Shown here one piece after another: positions 46,045 through 59,829 of a stretch of DNA of 64,000 bases. How positions within the stretch are numbered: the first letter of the stretch is position 1; the number at the start of each line of letters is the position of its first letter. The notes below the pieces were generated by a model. That model searched no databases and was not told where the DNA came from. It saw only the letters and a list, made by a program, of their open reading frames with translations. Source of the stretch: Macrostomum hystrix (taxonomy: Eukaryota > Animalia > Platyhelminthes); assembly GCA_950097015.1 (NCBI GenBank), contig CATNEN010000029.1:2542001-2606000 (forward strand), written 5' to 3'. Both the position numbers and the translations under genes were made by a program.

Positions 46045-48570
46045 TAACTACATATATACCTGCTAATGACAGGATAAAATGTCTGTTTCCTAATTTTTTT
46101 CTTAGTGGTCTTAATGGTCCAAGGTAAAACTAAGAGGTTGTAATAGTAGTCATTGAAAAAGCCTGACAAAGAGTTGCTTATTTAGAGTTATACTTCTATA
46201 ACGACGATCGTTGTTAACTCAATTGTATAAAACAAATACTTCTGTGTTTTTAATAGTAATGTATTAGTTAATCATGATTTCAGTAACAAATTTATGATAT
46301 ATTGTATTTTTCTTGAAAGTAATAAGACCTGAATATAAAACATTTTACTCTTTTTTAGTTTGCTTTGCACATATTACCACAAACTATTTGAAACTATATA
46401 AATATGTAAATATTAATACGGTATACGTAGTTAAAGCGTGTATGATAAAAGTCACCGGTAAATTTCAAGTATTAAGCAATTGTTTATTTCTATATGCCTC
46501 TATCGTCTGTTTAGGTTAAGAAGCAAAACTTTTGTCTTTTTCAAATAATTTATCGCATCTTGTTTTATAAGTATGTCTATTTCAATGATTATAAAACAAC
46601 AATAACAAGTTATTTTTATTACCTTAACAATTGTAGTACTGTAGTCTAGAGTGTCTGTATGTACATATTCTGCTGTGTATGTACCAACTTTTCTAACTAA
46701 AAATGTAATTTCTTCCTTGCAGAAAAAATTGATTTTTTACACTAAGATTAAGAAGGCATAAAAATATTTCAGTGACATATATTTTACTGTTACTGATATC
46801 TATAGGCCTAGCAACAGTTAGTATTAGCTTTTATTTTTTGTTTCCACTTTTGTGTTGTACCTCAAACTAGTTGTCACTTAAGTGTCACTTGTCACTGAAA
46901 CACTCATGCCATTTATGTGTGCACTTAATTTAATCAAACAGTTAGATGTAACATAGACATTTCCAATTAATCTATTTAATCATTAATATATTTTTATGGT
47001 TATATTTGATTATTTGTCCGGTTAACAGGTTAACCACCCATGGACTTAATTTCTGCCCTTTCAATGAGCAGGAGCAACAATCCTCCAAAGCAAAGCAAAG
47101 ACCACTCTTGCCCTGCTGAGAGCCATCTTGAGTCTTGACCTCACAAAGACCAAACTATACCCTTGAACTAAGCTAGTCCCTGAAACAAGCAAATTTCTGG
47201 AAAAGGTTATAATTTTTTAATTAGCTGATAAGCGAAAATAATTTGAGACACAGACTTTAAATCTGAATGACTGTCCTTTTGCAGCTTATTAATTATTTTA
47301 TCTTTCAAATGAAATGAGGTTCTCATGTTAGTGCTACAACCCCTTATAACTTAGTTATAAGTTATAACTCAGTTAACTGGACAAATAATCAAATAGTCAA
47401 GATTGTCATATTAAATTGAATATTGTGATACTTTTGTGCAAATTATCATCATATAGCAGTTTAGAATATGACAATTTGATCTATACCCCTTTCATTTCAT
47501 TTACTACAGTCTAGATTAAAAAACCTAAAAATATTTATAATATATATGAATTTGTAAATCACCTTTCTACTATATACATAAATTATTTGCCTTTGAATAT
47601 ACCCATATAATAAGTAATATAGTTACATTCAGAGCAGAAATGACTATATAACTTATAAATAAAATACCTTAGCCTAGGTGTTATATCCCAAAGTTAAAAG
47701 CTAGCTTTTAGAAATATGTAGCAAATATTACATAGGATATGAGAATACAAAAAATAATATGCTGCCTTATATTTTAAAAGCTATAATAATAAGAAAGAAA
47801 GGTTTCTAATTGACAGAATATTTCTAAGAAAAACTAAATGAAACATTATCACATTTTTAAGATATTAATAAGATTATATTTTTAGTAATATGGAGAATGA
47901 TATATAGATTATAAAACATTTTAGTGTGAAAGGCTCTACAATTTAGCAATGAAAATAGATTAAGCAAACTCTTGATTTTAGTTTTTATATTTGTGTCAAA
48001 CTAGCTAGTGTACTATGGAATCGGCATGCCATTATTCATAAGTAATGAATAGAGTAAGATATTGAAAGACAAAATGGTATGTCAAGACTTTCACTTTGAT
48101 TATACCTAAATTTTATACTTTGTTAAATATATATTCGACTTCAAAAACATTTTTTCAAATATATAGCTCCTTGTCCTAAAACAAATAAGACCAGCCTTTC
48201 CAAAACCCTTGCTGACCTGTCTAACTCTCAAAAACTTGGCTTCTCTTGGGCTTGAACAATTCAGGTCTGTTTAAATAATACTATTGTTGTAATTAAATAG
48301 CCTAGAATTCAAAGGGAAATGTGGACCTTATAAAATAACACGTGATCAACTCTTTCCAAAACCCAAATATAGTGTTTGCAAAACAAATGAAGAGCTTTTG
48401 TATCACATTTTGTTGTTGCATATAATTATTTAGTACTGCCTGTTTTTGCTGTTATTTTACATTGTGATACTCCTGGATTTTCTACCATTTAAAAATTTAG
48501 GTAAAATTCCTTACAGCTTGTAAGAAAATGCTATATATTTTGATTCATTGCTTATCCTTTATTCTTGCAG

Positions 48571-50289
48571 CAACAGTCAGCCTGCATAACAAAAGAGGGG
48601 GCCTGGGCACCAAGTCCCACGCCCCCATACAATTACCAAGGGCTCCAAATGCCAAGCAACTACTACCCACCGAGTGACATGTCTGCACAGCAGCAGTCCT
48701 ACCAGATGCTCGGTTCCCCCTACATGTCAGGACCAATGCATCTGCAGTCAGTCAATGCCGCCTCTGCAGCAGGTGGGCCAACAATGATGCAGCAGGACGT
48801 GACATCTGCCTACAGGACTGCACCATCAGGTGGTGGAAAGATGGCGGCACAGTCATACATGCCGGCCAGACCCAATCCGTATGGCAGGCCGCCTATGCCA
48901 TTGCATCATCAGATTCAGCAGCAGCAGTATGCTCCAGGTGTCTATTATCCTCAGCAGATGCAGGCTCCAGGACCAGGCATTGGAGCTTCGTGGGGTCCTG
49001 AGGAGACAGCGAAGAGCGGACATATTGCAATGGCACCTCAGCAACAGCCTCGGCAGCATCTGCAGCAGCGACCAGCACCCACCCCACCTCCGCAGCAGCA
49101 GTCGCAGACGCCAGTGCTCGACGAGCAGCAGGCGGCACTGTGCTTGAATCTTCCGGTTCAGGATGGCACGATTCTGCAGCCATTCCGTCTTGACCACGCG
49201 CTCAGTGTGTCGCACTTTCAATTCGAGTTAAGACCGGGTGTGTTTTCCACTCTGATGAACAGACCCGACCTGGAGTTGCAGTTAAGAGCCCAGCTGATTG
49301 AGGACCGCAGTGGAGAGTGTAATTGGCCAAGACAGCTGTCAGTGAGCATCAACAATCAGCCACTTGTAATCGAGCGGTTAAATCAGCCACTGAACGTAAA
49401 GTCGCTGTGCACAAACAGCCACCGCAACACAATCCAGATTGCTGTGACAGCTTGCTGCTGCAGCCACATCTTCACTTTGCAGCTGGTGCACAGGCCTTCA
49501 CTGCTGTCACTGATTCAGGGTCTTTGGCGTAGACGCTGTCTTCGAACCAGCAGTTGCATAGAGAAGATCAGCCAGTTCTTTGCAGAGTCGCGGATCGGCG
49601 ATGATTCAGACAGCGTCGCATTCAGCAGCATGACTGTACCTCTTCGCTGTCCGATCACCCTTGACCGCATTAACCTTCCGGCCCGTGGCTCGGACTGTCG
49701 CCACTTGCAATGCTTTGATCTGCACGCCTACCTGCGTATGAATATCAACCGCAGCACGTGGCGATGTCCGGTGTGCGACCGCGTTGCACCATTCACTGGC
49801 CTGGTGATTGACGAGTACCTGTTCAGCATCCTCGAGGAGACCGATGCCAGCGTCGATCGAGTGGTGATTGACTCTCGTGCCCGTTGGCGTCCAGTGCCAC
49901 CGCGCCCGCTGGCTGGCACTGTGTGCTCGAAGCCCGAGCTTTATCAGCAGCAGCGACAGACGCCGCTGCCGCCCTCTACCTCCTCCCAGCTTCCGGCCCC
50001 CTCACCGATGCCCAGCAACCTGAGCGAGCCGCGCACACCACAGCTGCCACCAATGACTCCAGACTTTCTAAACATATCGGCTGGCTACCTGAACTCGCAG
50101 CAGCCCGGCACACCGCTGACCGCCTGTCCGCCAACCAACGCCAGCTGCTCCACCACGGACCCAGCCAGCGTGCGCACCGACTTGGACGATCTCAACCTTG
50201 AGCCACTGGGACCGGAGCCCAGCTCCATCTCAGACCTGCTCTCCTACCTGGACTCCGCTGGTGGTCGCGAGCTGCTCGGCTTGGATTGA
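48571..50289 (+). CDS. ZMIZ1: ZMIZ1/tonalli-like SP-RING (MIZ zinc finger) protein, copy 1, single large exon
   Basis: PFRLDH...NWP...[26 protein letters not shown] and CPIT...[14 protein letters not shown]...TWRCPVC match ZMIZ1/2. Begins at acceptor TTGCAG|CAA; first in-frame ATG is at 48649. Confidence 0.9.
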   Translation, partial: QQSACITKEGAWAPSPTPPYNYQGLQMPSNYYPPSDMSAQQQSYQMLGSPYMSGPMHLQSVNAASAAGGPTMMQQDVTSAYRTAPSGGGKMAAQSYMPARPNPYGRPPMPLHHQIQQQQYAPGVYYPQQMQAPGPGIGASWGPEETAKSGHIAMAPQQQPRQHLQQRPAPTPPPQQQSQTPVLDEQQAALCLNLPVQDGTILQPFRLDHALSVSHFQFELRPGVFSTLMNRPDLELQLRAQLIEDRSGECNWPRQLSVSINNQPLVIERLNQPLNVKSLCTNSHRNTIQIAVTACCCSHIFTLQLVHRPSLLSLIQGLWRRRCLRTSSCIEKISQFFAESRIGDDSDSVAFSSMTVPLRCPITLDRINLPARGSDCRHLQCFDLHAYLRMNINRSTWRCPVCDRVAPFTGLVIDEYLFSILEETDASVDRVVIDSRARWRPVPPRPLAGTVCSKPELYQQQRQTPLPPSTSSQLPAPSPMPSNLSEPRTPQLPPMTPDFLNISAGYLNSQQPGTPLTACPPTNASCSTTDPASVRTDLDDLNLEPLGPEPSSISDLLSYLDSAGGRELLGLD

Positions 50290-52669
50290 TGTAGTCTTAG
50301 TATGAAAACAAAGATTGGGTAATTTTATTTGCTGCATATTACAATAGGTTTACTTCTTTCGAAAACATTCTTAAATGTTAAATTCATTTTTACAAAATCG
50401 TAGGTATTGTGCTTTGCCTAAGAAATTCTCTTCGCTATACTTGAAGCTCTGTATAATTGTTAACAGTTTTATAACTACTTTAAGTTAGCATTCATTTGAC
50501 TTCTAAATATTGTTGGTATTACCTAAAATTTCTACTGTAAGCAAGTTTACAATGCAGTTAAATGTCGACATTGATTTGATTGATTGAGAAGGGCACTTCC
50601 ATTTAAGTAGTATTTTTGTTTCCTTGTGTGTGTCTGTCCTGCTTTATCAAATATCGTTCATTTATATTTTATTTATACTTTGATATGATAGTAGTAGTCT
50701 CTTTGCCTATTTATGTCTGTTGCCTCAACCTTGTACTTATTTTCGAATCAGTTTTTTGTTTATCACATTGTGTAAATTATGTTGAAGTACAGATTTGAAT
50801 TACAGTTATGTATTATCAAACATTCGAATCTTCTACACACCTGCAGTAAGTCTGCGTATGTTCTAGCTTATTTAATTCATAATTAAATCTGTTTTAAACA
50901 GCAAGTATGCTTTGGGTCCATTTTTTCCGTAAATTTGAAATAGTTCTTTTTATATGCCAAGTGTTTCTATATTAATCTGTTTAGACGGCAACACTCATCT
51001 GCTATACAAGTTGATCGTTTTGCGTGACCAATTTACACTGTTTTATTCGCACATGTCTAGTGTGCATACGTAGTTTTTCCCTATTTTGCTTATAGTTTTA
51101 ACTTTGTCACAAGCACATCTTTCTTCTTCTCTGATATCGGAAGAAGAAAGTTGCTATTAATCAGTTTGTGTTTCTTGGAACTGATAGACATTTTTAACGT
51201 ATCTTATCATTTTTATTCTAATTCGTAACTTAATTACTTTAGTTTTTTTCACATACAATTTCATATTTAATAATCGCAGGTGCAATCTTATATTATCTGT
51301 ATATATGTTTGTTTATTTGTAAGAAATCTACAAGTTGTACAATCATATTTTTCAAACATTCTTCTGTAATTTTATAGCTTTCTTTTCTACTCTCTATCTG
51401 GTCTGAGTTGCGATCAATTTAATCGCAGGAAGGGCGTTTTTGTTTAGTGAAATGGTAACAGTTAGCTAAAGTAAATTCTTTAATAAAGGAACCTAGATAT
51501 CGAGCCAAAACAGTCCTAGGGTATCGTCGGCTTCCTGCGATTAAGCACTCATTTTTCACAACAGCTGTTGTGTGTTTTTATGTTCATTTTGGCAATGGAT
51601 TTTATTCTCTGCGAATTCTAGTGTTTGCTCACTCCTTTTAACGGAAATTAAAATACTACTCAATTGTAGTTTTTAATAACTTCAAATATCGGTCGTTGCA
51701 TTGGATCGATTTATTTGCGAACACGTTTCGCTTTTGTTGTCCATAATTTGTTCAGCTGAAAATCTGTTTTTTTTTTCAAAGCAAGTTACCTTTTCAGCTT
51801 TTATCGAGCTCCTACATGCTTGTTTTGTCCAAATTACACTTTTATCAATTCAGTATTTTAAATACCCGACTTAACTTTTTAATTACTTTTGAACGAGGGA
51901 ACAACTAATTATAATAGAATGCTGACATAGCTGCAACAAACCTGACGCGTTTAAAGACTCTGCTGGTAATTATGTATTATGTAAATAAGTTTACACACAC
52001 ACATACACACAAAATAAAAACGCGAGTATTAGCCTTCACACGATATACAATCTAAATTGTGTCGCCTAAAATCGGCCCTTTAGTGTGCGAGTTTTTTCTC
52101 TCTTTGTCGACCAGCTGCGCGAATCACGCGCGACTTTTAAAAGGAATAATAGCTAACAAGGACTTTCTTGTTTATTTTTCTTTCCAAGACAATGAGTCAA
52201 TCGGCTTAGAAGAGTCTCTGATTAAAAAGCAACTCTAGTAACTAGTATCCAGATAAACTACTTTGTTTGAACATCATCTATCTGTAGTAATAGATTTTTG
52301 CATGGATTTACCAGTCCAGTCGTATATTAACTGATATCTCTACTAAATCGAGTGTTGATAACTTGATAGATTAATGCACGGGTAAAATGTTTTGATTTAT
52401 ACATATAATTCTGGCTTTATTTCCGATGCAACTCATGGCGTTACCATTGGAAGCTAATGACTTTTTAGAAATTATTATCACTTTATTAATTCGGCCGTAT
52501 TCTTATGATTCGGAAATGTAATCCATTCTATTGCATATCTTATTGAAGGTGAAAGCAGTTTGTTCCAATTTTTCATAGCGCGAGTTGGCCGGCAGCTGCA
52601 TGCGCTGTAAACTGACCTTGCTTTCGTGCGAATTTTGGAATATACTCGTAGCATGCCTTGAACTAACTA

Positions 52670-52820
52670 TCCCAGCTAATGTACCTCTCCCAGTCGATGC
52701 ACTTGTCCCAGCCAATGTACCTGTCCCAGCCGATGTACCTGTCCCAGCCAATGTACCTCTCCCAGTCGATGCACTTTGTCCCAGCGGATGTACCTGTCCC
52801 AGCTGATGCACCTGTCCCAA
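52670..52820. repeat. 18-bp minisatellite (GATGTACCTGTCCCAGCC-like)
   Basis: About 8 degenerate copies. Confidence 0.8.
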
Positions 52821-52995
52821 CCGACGCGTCACGACCCCATGCCGCTTAACTCGCCGTTGTGCGACTTTGTGCGAAAGTCCTCAGCTGGCAAGGGCGTGTC
52901 CGAGGCAGTGCGAAGCTGCGGGCAGCGGCGGCACTGGTGCGTTCAAGATGCCGCGGCAAAGGAGTTGCGCAATTTTTTCCTGCGCTCCTCCGGGA

Positions 52996-52998
<3 letters not shown>

Positions 52999-53026
<28 letters not shown>
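52999..53026. repeat. (GT)n microsatellite
   Basis: About 14 units. Confidence 0.95.
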
Positions 53027-56000
53027 TGGTACCAACCACTCGCTAGGCATTACGGAGGGCGCGCCCGACGTCTTAAAAAAGGTCCGCACATCCTCTGGGA
53101 TGTTGCCAGCCAGATTCAGCGCCTTCTCGCGCCCCAATCGGCTGTCCACACTGCTTTGCTCCTCACGTTGGTGCCAGCTGTGGTGATGGACTGGTCATCA
53201 ACAGAATCCTTCTGCCGCTCATCCAGAAGACGCACAAATGCCTCCCCCACGTCGCCCGTGGGCGGGCCGTCGTCTTCTTCACAGTACCCTCGATGTTAAG
53301 CCGAGTCTGCTTGATGGTCGGGTCGTTCTGCCACACTGGCAGCGACGCTCCACTATTCGCATCTGCAAGACCATCTTTTCTGCAGCAGCTCTCAGAGCAA
53401 CTCACAGTTATCAACGTACTCTGCCTTGCGCTGATCTGAGCACGTTAGAGAAGGCGCCCTCAAAATGATATTTAGCGCGCGCGGCCGGTCTCATGCACAG
53501 AACACGATAGTAGCGCTGTGGTCCCTGCTTTTAGGGAGTTTGTATAGTGGCTGCAGCCTCAAGTCCCCTGGCGGCGCCACCGAGTGGAACCAGATCAGCA
53601 ATGATGGAGACAGCTAGGGGTGACTGGCGTCTGAGAGAACCACGCGCTTATTCGCTCTCGTCAGTTGTGTTCGCGCTGTTTCTCAGTGCGACTCAGTGCG
53701 CTGCATTATCTCTTCTGCGAGTCCCCTGTTCATTTGTCTCTATTTGAGTCCCTGCCGAACTTTGCTAACGCAGTCGAAGCGCCGCCCTCCGAGCTTACCG
53801 TGATCTGATGATTAGAAGGTGTCGGTACAATTTGGACTGCAGATGTGCAGCTGGTAGAAGGGCTCTGTAAATATAGTTAGCTCGCAAATTTAAAGGCTCG
53901 CAGATAATAGACGGCTCGTAAATATAAAGGCGCAGAGGACTCGATTGGGCAACTTACCAGTCGGTAGGTAAGTGCCATCCTCGAAAAGCGCCTGACACTT
54001 CCAACGGGGTGGATTTTATCAGTTGGCCTGCGTATGTCATTGTTGTTGTCATACAAATTTTCTCTGCTTTAGCATTTTTTACTGTGCTTCTGAACATTGT
54101 GCTTCTGAATTATTTGTCATAATATTTTTTTTCTCAAAGAAAAGCCAAACAAAGTCTCGCGATTTATGTTTTCTTTAATTTTTAATAATGCATGGGACAC
54201 TAAAAATCTTAGCTTGGTCAAGGCTAGCTTTGTTTAAAAAAAAACAATAAAAGCAAAAAATACAATAAACAACACTGAATAAATTTAATTCTCGAGCTTA
54301 ATTTTGACACAGGTAATCGTTTGAGCAAAACTCTACCTGGCTGTGGTGAATCATTTATTCATTTTACTTTTTGTTTCACTCTTTTTTGTTAAAACGCCTT
54401 GAGTTTCTGATTTATTTAAACTGTGTGTTCTTATAAAAATCCCGAGGTTCACTCACTAGACTTTCGCTACTTAGCAGTACTGAATCATTCCCTTAAATTT
54501 GGTAGTCGACTAGTCGTAGATAAGATTAAGATTTGCATCTAGGATCAATTTTTAATCTAGGATCTTGGTTTAAAAAAGATCATATTTACAATCTGAGCTT
54601 GCACATATTTCACAGTTTTCCATTTTTCACCAATAAGATTTCAGAATCTCAAGCAGATCTAAGCAGCTATCGATGCCATATTATAAAATATAATAAAAAA
54701 CGGATTGCTTTGCTTACTTCCCACTGTCATTGCAGTTTATTGTGGTTCTGTTTCAGTTGTGGTCCATTTTTGTCTTTATATCGACCCTTTCTTTAGTGGA
54801 TCAAATAAACAAATTTTGCTAATGTTAATTAAAATGGTAATGTTAATGTTAATTAATTAAAAATGTTAATTTTGCTATAGCTAATATAGCTATAGCTGAC
54901 AAAAATAGAGTGGATTTTTGTGTCAAATTAGGTCAAATGTTTCCCAAGTATAACATTTGTGCACATCATTTGATTAGTATAGGCTCTATAGTTTGCAGAT
55001 TTGATCCAGGGCAACCAAAAGATTAAATATTAAATAGGGCATATCTAAATAGCTATGAATATAGACAAAACTAACTAACATGTCAATACACATACATGCA
55101 CCACACCCGGCCGACCCGGCCAAAATGGCTGGGTGAAACGAGTGCCAAGCAAGGTAAGTCATAAAAACCAATTGACCAAGTGCAAAAAATTCAAAGGGGG
55201 GACCAAGGGACAAAAAAGGAAGGCGTGAAGAAAAGGAAAAAGGGGGGGGAGAAAAAGAGAGCAAACTAAGTTGTAAATAGAGCAATGAAACGAACTAAGT
55301 CGCAAATGAGACCAAACTAATTTTTAAATAGAGCAAAAACTAAGTCGCACGGCTGGCTAAGATTTGGGAGGTTGCGCATGTATGACAATATGTATCAATA
55401 GTTTAAGAAAGCATAGGGCTCCAAGAAAATCAAATAATTCTAGCTCTGTGGCATGGTATTTCTTTGAAGAGTCTAAGAGATTGAGCTATTCTACCCTGAT
55501 AACCTTAGGTAAAAGACAAGCTCATATCTTTAGGCATACAAGCTTTAGAAAGATCCCAGTTCAGGCTATGGTAAATAAACCTGTCCTGAGTTTTTAGGCA
55601 GTTGCAGATAATGTGCTTTGAATACTTTTTAGAGAATGGGCCTTCAGGGCATAGTATAAGCAATAGCTAGTATGATAGCTTAAGTTAATGGCAAGAGAAT
55701 TAAAAAAATGTTGGAATTTTATATTGCCTTATTTATGAAGACTTAATTACATTTGTATTTAATTATTTCATTACTAAATTATTTTACTTTTAAAAAAATC
55801 TGTAATTGAAATATCAATTATGCTGTCAGTTTATAAGTATATTTTGTTGTCTATATAACCTTAAATGTCATATTATTCATTTAAACCAAACCAAACCAGA
55901 CTATACTTTAAAATATCTATGCAAAACTCTAGTTAATATTAATTAAGTGCTTGGGTTATTCAGGATATAACAATGCATACTTTTATTCAAGAATATATAG

Positions 56001-56207
56001 GCTTGAGTCTAGCTTTCTCTGTTTAAGTCTGATTAATGCATTCATTATAGTTTATCAGATTACTTCTTTGGAATAAATAAGCTTTAGCTAAATCAATCAA
56101 CTAAATAAATATGCAGTTAAAATTAAATTTAGTATGTTACATGCAAGAAAGAGACAAAAATTCAAGATTTAGGATATTTGGATAATAATAGCATTTATTC
56201 ACTGCAG

Positions 56208-57926
56208 CAACAGTCAGCATACGTTGCCAAGGAGAGGGCCTGGGCACCAAGTCCCACGCCCCCATACAATTACCAAGGGCTCCAAATGCCCAGCAACTAC
56301 TACCCACCGAGTGACATGTCTGCACAGCAGCAGTCCTACCAGATGCTCGGTTCCCCCTACATGTCAGGACCAATGCATCCGCAGTCAGTCAATGCCGCCT
56401 CTGCAGCAGGTGGGCCAACAATGATGCAGCAGGACGTGACATCTGCCTACAGGACTGCACCATCAGGTGGTGGAAAGATGGCGGCACAGTCATACATGCC
56501 GGCCAGACCCAATCCGTATGGCAGGCCGCCTATGCCATTGCATCATCAGATTCAGCAGCAGCAGTATGCTCCAGGTGTCTATTATCCTCAGCAGATGCAG
56601 GCTCCAGGACCAGGCATTGGAGCTTCGTGGGGTCCTGAGGAGCCAGCGAAGAGCGGACATATTGCAATGGCACCTCAGCAACAGCCTCGGCAGCATCTGC
56701 AGCAGCGACCAGCACCCACCCCACCTCCGCAGCAGCAGTCGCAGACGCCAGTGCTCGACGAGCAGCAGGCGGCACTGTGCTTGAATCTTCCGGTTCAGGA
56801 TGGCACGATTCTGCAGCCATTCCGTCTTGACCACGCGCTCAGTGTGTCGCACTTTCAATTCGAGTTAAGACCGGGTGTGTTTTCCACTCTGATGAACAGA
56901 CCCGACCTGGAGTTGCAGTTAAGAGCCCAGCTGATTGAGGACCGCAGTGGAGAGTGTAATTGGCCAAGACAGCTGTCAGTGAGCATCAACAATCAGCCAC
57001 TTGTAATCGAGCGGTTAAATCAGCCACTGAACGTAAAGTCGCTGTGCACAAACAGCCACCGCAACACAATCCAGATTGCTGTGACAGCTTGCTGCTGCAG
57101 CCACATCTTCACTTTGCAGCTGGTGCACAGGCCTTCACTGCTGTCACTGATTCAGGGTCTTTGGCGTAGACGCTGTCTTCGAACCAGCAGTTGCATAGAG
57201 AAGATCAGCCAGTTCTTTGCAGAGTCGCGGATCGGCGATGATTCAGACAGCGTCGCATTCAGCAGCATGACTGTACCTCTTCGCTGTCCGATCACCCTTG
57301 ACCGCATTAACCTTCCGGCCCGTGGCTCGGACTGTCGCCACTTGCAATGCTTTGATCTGCACGCCTACCTGCGTATGAATATCAACCGCAGCACGTGGCG
57401 ATGTCCGGTGTGCGACCGCGTTGCACCATTCACTGGCCTGGTGATTGACGAGTACCTGTTCAGCATCCTCGAGGAGACCGATGCCAGCGTCGATCGAGTG
57501 GTGATTGACTCTCGTGCCCGTTGGCGTCCAGTGCCACCGCGCCCGCTGGCTGGCACTGTGTGCTCGAAGCCCGAGCTTTATCAGCAGCAGCGACAGACGC
57601 CGCTGCCGCCCTCTACCTCCTCCCAGCTTCCGGCCCCCTCACCGATGCCCAGCAACCTGAGCGAGCCGCGCACACCACAGCTGCCACCAATGACTCCAGA
57701 CTTTCTAAACATATCGGCTGGCTACCTGAACTCGCAGCAGCCCGGCACACCGCTGACCGCCTGTCCGCCAACCAACGCCAGCTGCTCCACCACGGACCCA
57801 GCCAGCGTGCGCACCGACTTGGACGATCTCAACCTTGAGCCACTGGGACCGGAGCCCAGCTCCATCTCAGACCTGCTCTCCTACCTGGACTCCGCTGGTG
57901 GTCGCGAGCTGCTCGGCTTGGATTGA
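56208..57926 (+). CDS. ZMIZ1: ZMIZ1/tonalli-like protein, copy 2
   Basis: Collinear with copy 1 at offset 7637 with no indels. Acceptor CTGCAG|CAA. Confidence 0.9.
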   Translation, partial: QQSAYVAKERAWAPSPTPPYNYQGLQMPSNYYPPSDMSAQQQSYQMLGSPYMSGPMHPQSVNAASAAGGPTMMQQDVTSAYRTAPSGGGKMAAQSYMPARPNPYGRPPMPLHHQIQQQQYAPGVYYPQQMQAPGPGIGASWGPEEPAKSGHIAMAPQQQPRQHLQQRPAPTPPPQQQSQTPVLDEQQAALCLNLPVQDGTILQPFRLDHALSVSHFQFELRPGVFSTLMNRPDLELQLRAQLIEDRSGECNWPRQLSVSINNQPLVIERLNQPLNVKSLCTNSHRNTIQIAVTACCCSHIFTLQLVHRPSLLSLIQGLWRRRCLRTSSCIEKISQFFAESRIGDDSDSVAFSSMTVPLRCPITLDRINLPARGSDCRHLQCFDLHAYLRMNINRSTWRCPVCDRVAPFTGLVIDEYLFSILEETDASVDRVVIDSRARWRPVPPRPLAGTVCSKPELYQQQRQTPLPPSTSSQLPAPSPMPSNLSEPRTPQLPPMTPDFLNISAGYLNSQQPGTPLTACPPTNASCSTTDPASVRTDLDDLNLEPLGPEPSSISDLLSYLDSAGGRELLGLD

Positions 57927-58471
57927 TTTTTTACTTGATATTTTTAAACTTTTTTTAACTTTATATTCTCCACGTAAATGAATTATTTTTTCCAACAATT
58001 TTTTGCGTCGGTTGTGCAATGTTTCTTGCGTACTATTGTGTACCATTTTGGCAATTCCCTGTAAAATTATTTAAATTATATGCTTTCGTCTACTAAGGTA
58101 ACGAAATTTTATGTTACTTGTAACAGTCAGCGTCCACTCTTATTTATTATTCATTTATTTAATATTAGGGCTTGTAATGGCAATTTATCTTAGTTTGGAA
58201 TGCAGAGTAAATCGCATCTTAGACTAGGGAAGTCCAAATAGAGAAACCTAAACTCGTTTATTTTTCCTGAATTCGTGCTCTTAATTTTATAGAAACTCCA
58301 ATCAGAGCTCGCAAAAGTCTGAAAACAATTCGAGCTTCGAATTGATTTCTTCGGACACTTTATTCTACAAAACTTTGTTGGGAACCAACACCCATTGCAG
58401 CATTCAACCTCCTTCACGTCCTGCACTGAATTAGACCTCAGCCAATATTAGCCACCCCGCCTCTGCATTTG

Positions 58472-58654
58472 ATGGCCTCCTGTGCGCGCTGCTTCCGGCG
58501 CATGTACCGTGACCAATTTGCCTACCAGCCTGTCACCGCGGCGCCACCAGTGCAGCTGGACAATGCCACCATGGGCCAGGGCGTGGTGCTGGTCAAGAAT
58601 GGCCGGCGAATTTGCGGCACCGGCGCCGCCAGGGCCAACTGTCCTGTTTCCCAG
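58472..58654 (+). CDS. SPRYD7: SPRY domain-containing protein 7, exon 1
   Basis: VQLDNATMGQGVVLVKNGRRICGTG matches SPRYD7. Phase-0 donor CAG|GTTAGT. Confidence 0.9.
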
Positions 58655-58779
58655 GTTAGTGAGTCTAGATATAGGCGTCTATAAAGTCATCCTTACTCAT
58701 GCGATGACCTGGTGCCTGTAAGTCACGAGGCAGGAAGTATAAGTCTAGGTCTGGCGCGACTTATTAAGGGGGCGCTTGA

Positions 58780-59050
58780 GGCGTTGGGGCCGTTAAAGAA
58801 GCGTTTGAGTCGTTGGTAAATGGTTGTTGGTTTGACACTCGAATCGTTTAAGAAGCGTTTCTGTCGTTCGTAAATCGGTTTGAGTTGTTGGCTTAGCACT
58901 TGTAAAGCGGTGGAGTCGTTGGCAAAGCGGCTGTGTCGTTACTGAAGCGGTTTTGTCGTTAGTAAAGCGGTTGAGTCGTTAGTAAAGCGGTTGAGTCGTT
59001 AGTGAAGCGTTTGAGCCGTTCCTATAGGATTTGAGTTGTTAGAGAAGCGA
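58780..59050. repeat. Degenerate about 20-bp repeat (GCGGTTGAGTCGTTAGTAAA), SPRYD7 intron
   Basis: Imperfect tandem units. Confidence 0.7.
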
Positions 59051-59611
59051 TCGAAACGACTCTGTAGCCCCGCTTGTCACGGTATCGTGTTTGCGTAGCT
59101 GTAAATAGTTAAAATTTACAACGCTTCATTTTTTTAAGTTTCGAAACTAGGAACTTTTACCACGCTTAAAAGTACTTTTTCACAGAAAAACCCATACACA
59201 GCAACCGCGAGTTACAAATTTAATTAGAGCTAACACCTACAAGACACAGCGATCTTTGTACGTATGTTATCTATGCATTGCACCCATCCGAGTTTGTAAG
59301 AATAATAGCAGTTTCCGATTCGTTGTCTCAATCCTGATGGCTATCCTTTTAAGGATACAGTGGCCGGTGATTTATCAATTTCCTCTGCTTGGGAATAATT
59401 GACCAATTGTTTTTCGTCCGCTGTATCTTTGCGTCACACTTGCAGCTGCAACTAGATTCTGTATTTCTTGCTTGCCTCTTAGGCATTGCGCATTTAAACC
59501 GACGGATGGCAAAACAGAGAGCAGTAAAAATATATGTTATATAATAATAGCAGGCTAGCAATGCAGACAAATGACACACGCCCAACGCAAAAATGGCGCA
59601 CTTCACTAGCA

Positions 59612-59760
59612 GCTGACAATTTTACACCAACAGCTGACGAATAGCACACCAACAGCTGACGAATAGAACACCAACAGCTGACGAATAGCACACTAACAGC
59701 TGACGAATAGCACACCAACAGCTGACGAATAGCACACCAACAGCTGACGAATAGCACACA
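59612..59760. repeat. 22-bp minisatellite (CAACAGCTGACGAATAGCACAC), SPRYD7 intron
   Basis: About 6 copies ending about 70 nt before the acceptor. Confidence 0.88.
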
Positions 59761-59829
59761 TCAGGACAAGTGACACACAAGCAGTGAGAAACACTACCAG
59801 GAAAGCAATTAACAATTGAAAATTAACAG

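Noticed and set aside
47028-47190. Candidate upstream exon of ZMIZ copy 1 (MDLISALSMSRS…)
   Set aside because: No usable donor before the stop and no homolog upstream of copy 2.
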